DNA of 61,661 nt from an uncultured Gammaproteobacteria bacterium. GTDB taxonomy: Bacteria; Pseudomonadota; Gammaproteobacteria; Tethybacterales; Tethybacteraceae. The notes beneath the pieces were generated by a model. The model made no database searches. It was given only the letters and a program-made list of their open reading frames with translations, and was not told where the DNA came from. The DNA lies in assembly GCA_964509765.1 (NCBI GenBank), contig CAZDYI010000139.1, forward strand, positions 1 to 61,661. The letters are read 5' to 3'. This document shows, piece by piece, positions 27,090 to 37,085 of the stretch (positions within the stretch are counted from its first letter, which is position 1; every line of letters starts with the position of its first letter). Position numbers and translations under genes: made by a program.

Positions 27090-28417
27090 AGGAATATTCT
27101 TGCTGCCTTCTCGTCTTCGCTCAGCTTGCCGATGGCGTCCTCGACCTCGTCTGTCGAGAACGTGTACTTCTCGCCCTTCATCGTGTCCGCGCGGAACGAT
27201 ATCTCCTCGACGAGGCGCTCCATCAGGGTGTGCAGCCTGCGCGCGCCGATGTTCTCCTGGCGCTCGTTGACCGCCTGCGCGATCTCGGCCAGCCTCCGCA
27301 CGGCCTTGTCGCTGAAGGCAACCTCGAGGCCTTCCGTCGCGAGCAGGGCGGTGTACTGGTTGATCAGGCTGTTCTGGGTCTCGGTGAGTATCCTCACGAA
27401 GTCGTCGACCGTCAGCGCCTTGAGGTCGACCCTGACCGGCAGCCTGCCCTGCAGCTCGGGTATGAGGTCGCTCGGGCTCGAGTAGTGGAAGGAACCCGAG
27501 GTGATGAACAGCATGTGGTCGGTGTTGACCGTCCCGTACTTCGTCTCGACCGAGGTGCCCTCGATCAGCGGGAGCAGGTCGCGCTGGACGCCCTGCCGCG
27601 AGACCTGGTGGCGGACGATCTCGTCGTTGCCGGCGATCTTGTCGATCTCGTCGATGAAGACGATGCCGCTTTCCTCGGCCATCTCGACGGCCATGTTCAC
27701 GACGGCTTCCTCGTCGACGCTCTTTGCCATCTCCTCGCGCTTGACCATCTCGAGCGCCTCGGCCACGCTCATGTTCCTGGTCTCGGACTTCGCGTCCTGG
27801 CCGGGAAGGCTGCTGAACAGCGACCCGAGCTGCTTGGACATCTCGTCGAGCGCGGCGGGGCCGGCCATCTGCGGGTTGCGGATGTTTATCCCGATCTTCG
27901 GCGGCGGCTTGTTGACCTTGATCCTGATCTTGTCGTCGTCCATCTCGCCGGCCTTGATCCGCAGCGCGAGCTTCGCCTTCTCGGCGTCGTCCGCCGGGCC
28001 CATGCCCGAAACGATCCGGTCCAGGGCCTTCTCGCCCACGGCCTCCTCGTGCTGCATCGAGATCCGGTCGCCGGCCATCTTGTAGGCGACGTCCATCAGG
28101 TCGCGGACGATCGAGTCGACGTCGCGCCCGACGAAGCCGACCTCGGTGAACTTGGTCGCCTCGACCTTGATGAACGGCGAGTCGGCGAGCTTGGCGAGCC
28201 GCCGCGCGATCTCGGTCTTGCCCACCCCGGTCGGACCGACCATCAGGATGTTCTTCGGAGTGATCTCGGCGCGCATCGCGTCGTCGTCAATGTTCAGCCG
28301 CCGCCACCTGTTGCGGAAGGCGAGCGCGACCGAGCGCTTCGCGTCGCCCTGGCCGATGATGTTCCGGTCCAGGCTCTCGACGATCCTGCTCGGTTTTAGG
28401 TCTTCTACGTCAATCAT
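27086..28417 (-). CDS. hslU: ATP-dependent protease ATPase subunit HslU
   Basis: LDRNIIGQGDAKRSVALAFRNRWRR, GPTGVGKTEIARRLA, GIVFIDEIDK. Confidence 0.96.
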   Translation of the reverse strand: MIDVEDLKPSRIVESLDRNIIGQGDAKRSVALAFRNRWRRLNIDDDAMRAEITPKNILMVGPTGVGKTEIARRLAKLADSPFIKVEATKFTEVGFVGRDVDSIVRDLMDVAYKMAGDRISMQHEEAVGEKALDRIVSGMGPADDAEKAKLALRIKAGEMDDDKIRIKVNKPPPKIGINIRNPQMAGPAALDEMSKQLGSLFSSLPGQDAKSETRNMSVAEALEMVKREEMAKSVDEEAVVNMAVEMAEESGIVFIDEIDKIAGNDEIVRHQVSRQGVQRDLLPLIEGTSVETKYGTVNTDHMLFITSGSFHYSSPSDLIPELQGRLPVRVDLKALTVDDFVRILTETQNSLINQYTALLATEGLEVAFSDKAVRRLAEIAQAVNERQENIGARRLHTLMERLVEEISFRADTMKGEKYTFSTDEVEDAIGKLSEDEKAARIFL

Positions 28418-28967
28418 CGATGGTAAGTATGCTGATGTTGTGGTTGGTGAACACGCAGATGTCCGCGGCGATCCGAAGCGCCTTGTCGACGACGGCCTGC
28501 GCGTCCATGTCCGTGTTCTCGACGAGGGCGCGCGCCGCGGACAGGGCGTACCCCATGCCGCTGCCGATCGCGAGGATGTCGTGCTCGGGGACGATCACGT
28601 CGCCGGTTCCCGAGAGCAGGTACATGTTCTCGCCGTCGGTCACCGCGAGCTGCGCGTTGAACTGGCGCATGATCCGGTCGGTGCCCCAGGCCTTGGCGAA
28701 CTCGATCACCGACTGGCGCAGCTGGCCGTTGTGCGCGTCGAGGCTCTTCTCGAGGTGGTCGAGCAGGGTGAGCGCGTCGCGGCCCGCGCCTGCGAAGCCG
28801 GCAAGGACCTTGCCGTCGCGCAGGGCGTGGACCTTCTGCGCCGTGGACTTGCCGACGATCTGCTCGCCGATGGTGATCTGCCCGTCGGCGCCCATGGCGA
28901 CCTTGCCGTCGCGCTTGACGCAAAGGACGGTCGTCGCCCGCGACCGCTGCTGCTCGGGGGCGCTCAC
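28410..28967 (-). CDS. hslV: ATP-dependent protease subunit HslV
   Basis: TTVLCVKRDGKVAMGADGQIT...GSGMGYALSAARAL. The only in-frame start is GTG 28967, which places 11 residues ahead of the catalytic Thr. Confidence 0.93.
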   Translation of the reverse strand: MSAPEQQRSRATTVLCVKRDGKVAMGADGQITIGEQIVGKSTAQKVHALRDGKVLAGFAGAGRDALTLLDHLEKSLDAHNGQLRQSVIEFAKAWGTDRIMRQFNAQLAVTDGENMYLLSGTGDVIVPEHDILAIGSGMGYALSAARALVENTDMDAQAVVDKALRIAADICVFTNHNISILTIDD

Positions 28968-29269
28968 CAGTCGCCTTCGATCTCGTAGCCCGTGCGGTTT
29001 CTCGCCTGCCTGAACAGCCTCTGGAACTCGCGCCCTGATGGGTAGCCGATGTCGTTAAGCTCCGGGCACTCGCCGGGGTATCCCCGCCGCCGCCATTCTA
29101 TGAGGGCCTCGCGCAAGGCCTCCAACCTGGCGATCTCCATCGCCTTTTCTTCGAGCTTCTCTTCGAGTCGCTCCACCTTGCGGTCGATGTCGGCTTTATG
29201 GGCCATGAGCATGAAGAGCCTCGGCAGGAAATAGAACCCGACGATTAGCCAGAAGATGACTTGAAACAC
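28964..29269 (-). CDS. Small membrane-anchored coiled-coil protein, unknown function
   Basis: 101 aa. N-terminal TM MFQVIFWLIVGFYFLPRLFMLM, then a charged heptad-like segment KVERLEEKLEEKAMEIARLEALREAL. The stop overlaps the hslV GTG (GTGA). Confidence 0.5.
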   Translation of the reverse strand: MFQVIFWLIVGFYFLPRLFMLMAHKADIDRKVERLEEKLEEKAMEIARLEALREALIEWRRRGYPGECPELNDIGYPSGREFQRLFRQARNRTGYEIEGDW

Positions 29270-29293
29270 GGTTGCGGCCTGCGGAGGGGAAAG

Positions 29294-30406
29294 TCAGGAG
29301 ACCCCGAACATCCGGTCGAGCGCGACGCGCGCCTTGTCCGCGACGTCCTCGGGGACCCTGATCCGGTTTACGACCTTGCCGTCGGCGAGGTTCTCGAGGC
29401 ACCACGCGAGGTGCTGCGGGTCGATCCGCGCCATCGTCGAGCACATGCACACCAGCGGAGACATGAACCTGACCGACACCCCGCGCGCCTTGTGCTCCTC
29501 CGCGATGCGCTGCACCAGGTTGAGCTCTGTTCCGACCAACCAGCTCGATCCCGGCTCGGCCGCCTCGATCGTCCGGACGATGTGGCTCGTCGAGCCGACG
29601 CTGTCGGCCATCTCGCATACCGGGAAGTCGCACTCGGGATGGACGATCACCTTTCCTTCGGGGTTCTCCTCGCGCCACTTCGCGACGTGCTCGGGGCGGA
29701 ACATCTGGTGCACCGAGCAGTGCCCCTTCCAGAGCAGGATGTCGGCCTCCTCGACCTCCCGCTCGCTGAGCCCGCCGTTCGGGAGGTTGTAGTCCCACAC
29801 CGCCATCTTCCCCGCGGGCACGCCCATGGTGTGCGCGGTCCACCTGCCGAGGTGCTGGTCGGGGAAGAACAGCGCCTTCCTGCGGCGCTTCCACGCCCAC
29901 TCGAGGACCCTCGGCGCGTTCGACGAGGTGCAGGTTATCCCGCCGTGCTCGCCGCAGAACGCCTTGAGGTCCGCGGACGAGTTGATGTAGGTGATCGGCG
30001 TGACCTCGGAGTCCGGGTCCAGGAAGTTGCCGAGCTCCCTCCAGCAGCGCTCGACCTTGGGCACCGACGCCATGTCCGCCATCGTGCACCCGGCGGCGAG
30101 GTCCGGCAGCACGACCGCCTGGCCGTCGGAGGTGAGCATGTCCGCGACCTCTGCCATGAAGTGCACGCCGCAGAAGACGATCAGCTCGGCCTCCTGCCGC
30201 GCGGCGAGCCTCGCGAGCTCGAGCGAGTCGCCCTGCAGGTCGGAGTGGCAGTGGACGTCGGCCCGCTGGTAGTGGTGGGCGAGCAGCACGCACCTGTCGC
30301 CGAGGCGCTCGCGCGCGACTAGGATGCGCGGCGCGCAGTCCGAGTCGCGGACCTTCTCGAACTGGGAGAAGCGGATCGGGACCGCTTCTGCGGCCGGGGC
30401 GCCCAT
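29294..30406 (-). CDS. nadA: Quinolinate synthase
   Basis: Start trimmed to ATG 30406. Motifs LLAHHYQRADV, FCGVHFMAE, HPECDFPV and CSTM. Confidence 0.9.
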   Translation of the reverse strand: MGAPAAEAVPIRFSQFEKVRDSDCAPRILVARERLGDRCVLLAHHYQRADVHCHSDLQGDSLELARLAARQEAELIVFCGVHFMAEVADMLTSDGQAVVLPDLAAGCTMADMASVPKVERCWRELGNFLDPDSEVTPITYINSSADLKAFCGEHGGITCTSSNAPRVLEWAWKRRRKALFFPDQHLGRWTAHTMGVPAGKMAVWDYNLPNGGLSEREVEEADILLWKGHCSVHQMFRPEHVAKWREENPEGKVIVHPECDFPVCEMADSVGSTSHIVRTIEAAEPGSSWLVGTELNLVQRIAEEHKARGVSVRFMSPLVCMCSTMARIDPQHLAWCLENLADGKVVNRIRVPEDVADKARVALDRMFGVS

Positions 30407-30414
30407 CGTCCGGC

Positions 30415-31073
30415 TCAGTGCAGCGTGGAGCTGCTCTGCGCGTTCTTCGCCCCTCCGACGCGGAGCAGGGTGATGAGCCTCTCCTTGAGCATGTCCTTGT
30501 TGCTCGTCTCGAGCAGCCTCTGCTTCTCGTTGGGCGTGAACGGGCAGACCATCGCGAGCGAGGTTACCAGCTCGTGGTCGGGAACCTTGCCGAAGACCTC
30601 CCAGTCGGCCGACAGGCCCTGCTTCTCCAGGTAGTCCTTGAGGTGCCTCTTGATCATCCCGCGGTCGACCGGCGCCGGCTTCGCGCCCTCGGCGTCGAGG
30701 TCGCCGCGGAACTGCGACCAGTCGGGCCGCGCGACCCGGTAGCCGTTGCGCTTGCCGAGCTCGCCCGCGACCTTGAACCTGCAGCAACCGGCGAGCACGA
30801 TCAGGTACAGCCCCGGGTCCGCCTCGGCGTACGAGATGATCCGACCGGCGCAGCCGACGGGGTGCAGCTCGCTGCCCTCGGACTCGTCGACCGCCCGCTG
30901 GATCATCCCGACGAGCTTGTGCTCGCTCGCCATCGCGTCCTTGACGAGGTTGCGGTAGCGCGGCTCGAACACCTGCAGCGGCAGGCGGCCGCCCGGCAAG
31001 AGCAGCACGTCGTCGAGCGGGAACATCCCGATCCGGTCGGGCAGGTCCTTGAAGCCCATCGCTCCCGGGCCGT

Positions 31074-31077
<4 letters not shown>
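30415..31077 (-). CDS. Lon N-terminal (substrate-binding) domain protein
   Basis: [32 protein letters not shown]. 220 aa with no ATPase or protease domains. Confidence 0.8.
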
Positions 31078-33779
<2,702 letters not shown>

Positions 33780-33885
33780 CTAGTTAGTGAATATGTGCAC
33801 TGAAAGGCAATTTTACAACCCGCGGGGCGAAACAGCCTTCCTTGCTGCGGTGCAACACGGGCGGGGCGGGGCGGCCGCGGTGCGG

Positions 33886-35451
33886 TCAAAGCCCCTTGAC
33901 AGCTTCCCTTGCGATCGCGTCCAGCCCCTCGTTTCCGCCGCCCTCGATGGCCCGGAGCGCCTTGCGGAAGTTCGACTTGCCGAGCTCTACCCCCCACTGG
34001 TCGAAGGAGTTGATCCCCCACAGCCAGCCCAGCGCCGCAGTCATGTGCTCGTAGGCGGCAACGAGCGCGCCGAGGCTTTCCGGCCCGAGCCTGTCAAACG
34101 AGAGCAGATTGGTCGGCTGGCCGCCGGGGACGACGAGGTGGCCGGCGAGCTCCTCGGCCTTGTCATCCTCTGTTCCGGACTCCCTGAGCTCGGCAAGGCT
34201 CGCATTCCTGTCGCGGCCCCGGTGCAGGGCCATGCCCTGGCCGATGCAGTGGGCGAGCAGCTGCCGGTGCATGCCCTCGTCCTCGCCTTCCTTCGGCCGC
34301 CTCGCGCAGATGAAGTCCGCGGGCACCTTCCTCGTACCCTGCAGCAGCAGCTGGAAGTAGGAGTGCTGGTCGTTCGTTCCCTCTCCGCCCCACCAGATCG
34401 CCGAGGTGTCCGTCGGCGGCCTGCCTCCCGACGACGCGGCCGACTTGCCGTTGCTCTCCATCACCAGCTGCTGCAGGTAGGACGGAAGCGAGCGGAGGCG
34501 GTGCTGGTAAGCGACCACGCAGTGCGTCTGCGCCCCGAGCGCAAGAGCGTGCCACAGCCGGAGCAGGGCCATCGTCACCGGGACGCTTTCGAAGCCCTCG
34601 CTCTCTAGCGCGTGCCGGTCGAGCGCGTTCGCACCCTCGAGCATCCGCGCGAAGGCTTCGGGGCCGACGCATGCCGCGGCCGACAGGCCCACCGATGAAA
34701 ACAGCGAGTAGCGTCCGCCGACCCAGTCCCACATCCTGAACGACCTCTCGGGCGGGCACCCGATCCTCGCCGCGGCGTCCGGGTTGGCGCTCACCGAGAC
34801 GAGCTGCCTTCTTCCGGTACCCGCTCCGCACATCTCGTCGATCCACTCCGTCGCGAGCCTGGTGTTCTCAAGTGTTTCCGTGGTGGTCCCGGACTTGCTG
34901 ACCGCGACGACGAGGGTCGTCGCCGGGTCCAACTCCTCGATCGCGTCCTCGAAAGCGGCCGGGTCGATGTTCGCGACGAATCTGCACTCAGGCCCTGCAC
35001 GCGGCAAGGCCTCGCAGACGAGTCGCGGGCCGAGGTTTGAGCCGCCGATGCCGATGTGGAGGATCGAGTCGATCTCATCTCCGCCCGCCCCCTTGACCTC
35101 GCCCTGCGCGAGGCTTGCGGCGAAGTCCAGCATCCGCTTGCGCTCCTCGAGCGCCTCCGCAGGCGCCTCGGGGTCACGCAGGCGCATGTGCGCAGCCGGC
35201 CGGCCCTCAGTGAAGTTGACCTCCTCGCCTGCGGCCATGGCCGCGAACCTGCCCTTGAGTCCGCAGGCCTGCGCAAGCGAGCCGAGCGCTTCGCATGCCT
35301 CGTCGTCTACCAGGGCCCGGGAGTAGTCGAGCCTGATCCCGGCCGCCTCAACCGCGCGCGTTGCGTCGCCCGCAGCCGCGGCACCGGCGTCGAACCCGCG
35401 CGCAAGGGCCTTCACGCGCTCCCAGCTGCCGCCGATAGAATCTTCAGACAT
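33886..35451 (-). CDS. pgi: Glucose-6-phosphate isomerase
   Basis: 521 aa. IGIGGSNLGPRLV, VSKSGTTTETLEN, DWVGGRYSLFS, GINSFDQWGVELGK. Confidence 0.95.
   Translation of the reverse strand: MSEDSIGGSWERVKALARGFDAGAAAAGDATRAVEAAGIRLDYSRALVDDEACEALGSLAQACGLKGRFAAMAAGEEVNFTEGRPAAHMRLRDPEAPAEALEERKRMLDFAASLAQGEVKGAGGDEIDSILHIGIGGSNLGPRLVCEALPRAGPECRFVANIDPAAFEDAIEELDPATTLVVAVSKSGTTTETLENTRLATEWIDEMCGAGTGRRQLVSVSANPDAAARIGCPPERSFRMWDWVGGRYSLFSSVGLSAAACVGPEAFARMLEGANALDRHALESEGFESVPVTMALLRLWHALALGAQTHCVVAYQHRLRSLPSYLQQLVMESNGKSAASSGGRPPTDTSAIWWGGEGTNDQHSYFQLLLQGTRKVPADFICARRPKEGEDEGMHRQLLAHCIGQGMALHRGRDRNASLAELRESGTEDDKAEELAGHLVVPGGQPTNLLSFDRLGPESLGALVAAYEHMTAALGWLWGINSFDQWGVELGKSNFRKALRAIEGGGNEGLDAIAREAVKGL
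35436..35441 (+). promoter_or_regulatory. -10-like TAGAAT, 8 nt upstream of the lactonase ATG; lies inside pgi codons 4-6
   Basis: Sequence is gaTAGAATcttcagacATG. Confidence 0.4.
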
Positions 35452-36343
35452 GGGCGGCTTTCATTGTATTTCCGAGACCAGGTGCCTGCTCGGCGAGTGC
35501 CCGAGGTGGCATGCCGGCGAGCAGAAGGTCTACTGGACCGACATCGACGGAAAGAAGCTGCTCCGCGTCGGCCTCGACGGAAAGGGCGAGGAGTCCGTCG
35601 ACATGGAAAGGAAGGTCGGCTGCTTCGTCTTCCGCAAGAAGGGCGGGATGCTCCTTGCGATGGAGGACGGCATCTACACAGGCGACCCCTTCGCGGGCGG
35701 CAAGCTCAGGCAGGTCTGCCCGCATCCCCTTCCGCCGCTTGCCGCGGACCGCGGCAGGTTCAACGACGGCAGGTGCGACCCGGCGGGGCGGTTCATGGTC
35801 GGGACACTCGACCCCAAGCGCGAGTACAGGGCCGGGTTCTACGCGCTCGACCCCGGCCGAAAGGCGCTGAGGAAGGTCCAGAGCGAGTTCAACACCTTCA
35901 ACGGGATCGCCTTCAGCCCCGACGGCAGGGAGGTCCGCTACTCGGACACGCCGCTCTACGAGCTGTACTGCTCGAAGTACGACCCGGTCACGGGGCTGAT
36001 CGGCGAGCGCGAGGTGCTCAGGAAGTGGGACCGCAAGAAGGAGCCGGCGCGCCCCGACGGAGGCGCCTTCGACAGCAAGGGCGACTACTGGTGCGCGATG
36101 TACGCCGGCGGCCGCGTGCTGCGGATCGACGGCGAGGGCAACGAGACCGCGCGGCTCGACCTGCCTGCGACTTACACGACCATGGTCGCGTTCGCGGGCG
36201 AGAACCTCGACCGGATGGTGGTCACCACGGCCCAGCGCGAGGACGACCCGGACGAGACCAAGCGCAACCCGGACGCCGGGCGCCTGTTCCTGTTCGACAA
36301 GAAGTTTGCCCCGGGCCTGCCGGAGCCGTTGTTCGCGGGCTAG
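35450..36343 (+). CDS. SMP-30/gluconolactonase/LRE-family lactonase
   Basis: CLLGECPRWHAGEQKVYWTDI, RFNDGRCDPAGRF, FNGIAFSPDG, PDGGAFDSKGDYW (beta-propeller lactonase motifs). Confidence 0.85.
   Translation: MGGFHCISETRCLLGECPRWHAGEQKVYWTDIDGKKLLRVGLDGKGEESVDMERKVGCFVFRKKGGMLLAMEDGIYTGDPFAGGKLRQVCPHPLPPLAADRGRFNDGRCDPAGRFMVGTLDPKREYRAGFYALDPGRKALRKVQSEFNTFNGIAFSPDGREVRYSDTPLYELYCSKYDPVTGLIGEREVLRKWDRKKEPARPDGGAFDSKGDYWCAMYAGGRVLRIDGEGNETARLDLPATYTTMVAFAGENLDRMVVTTAQREDDPDETKRNPDAGRLFLFDKKFAPGLPEPLFAG
35463..35468 (-). promoter_or_regulatory. -10-like TACAAT, 11 nt upstream of the pgi ATG; lies inside lactonase codons 5-7
   Basis: The minus strand reads aaTACAATgaaagccgcccATG. Confidence 0.4.
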
Positions 36344-37008
36344 CCCGCGGCGAGCTCCTCGGGCATGTCGCCCGCGGGCTGCGGCGAGATCGCGTCCTTG
36401 CACCTGCGTGCGGTCTCGGTGATCGCCGCCCAGTCCGAGGCGGCGATCAGGGAGCGCGGCGCTAGCCACGAGCCGCCGACTGCGAGCACCCCCTTGAGAG
36501 CCAGGGCCTCCGTGTAGTTGGCCTCGCCGATCCCACCGGTCAGGCAGAAGGACATCTGCGGGAAGGCCGCGGCAAGCTGGCTGTACTGGGTCTGGCCCTG
36601 CGGGCTGAACGCCGGGAAGTACTTGAGGGTCTCGTACTCAAGGTCGCGCGCAAGCATGACCTCGCTCGCGGTGAACACGCCGGGCAGGTACGGGATCTTC
36701 TCCTCGTCGGCCACGTTCAGCAGGTCGACGTTCAGGCCGGGCGACGAGGTGAACTTCGCGCCGACCTGGTGGGCGTAGCGGAACTGGTCCGCCTCGAGGA
36801 CGGTGCCGAGCCCGACGAGGATGTCCTCGCTTGCGACTATCCGCTCAACCGCCGACAGCGCGGCGTCGGTGCGCAGGGTCACCTCGAGTATGCCGATGCC
36901 GGCTTCGAGCAGGGCGCGAGCGAGCGGAGGTCCCTGCTCGGGCGAGTCGAGCTCGGCCACCGGCCAGAGGCGGTGGCTGTCGAATACTTCCCTTATCCTT
37001 CTTGACAT
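36340..37008 (-). CDS. eda: KDPG / KHG aldolase
   Basis: GIGILEVTLRTDAAL, LVGLGTVL, KYFPA, and GGSWLAP near the C-terminus. 222 aa. Confidence 0.88.
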   Translation of the reverse strand: MSRRIREVFDSHRLWPVAELDSPEQGPPLARALLEAGIGILEVTLRTDAALSAVERIVASEDILVGLGTVLEADQFRYAHQVGAKFTSSPGLNVDLLNVADEEKIPYLPGVFTASEVMLARDLEYETLKYFPAFSPQGQTQYSQLAAAFPQMSFCLTGGIGEANYTEALALKGVLAVGGSWLAPRSLIAASDWAAITETARRCKDAISPQPAGDMPEELAAG

Positions 37009-37085
37009 GCCTTTCCGTTTGCTGCGGCCGCGGCTGTAGCGACCCGATCCCGTCCGGCGGGAATTCTACTAACGAGGGGAGGACC

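Noticed and set aside
33780-33885. AT-rich acnA upstream region with the imperfect inverted repeat AGTGAATATGTGCACT, considered as an iron/Fur-type operator
   Set aside because: The match to the Fur box is poor and the symmetry imperfect. I can only say it is a promoter-containing spacer (TAAAAT at 33810-33815, minus strand).
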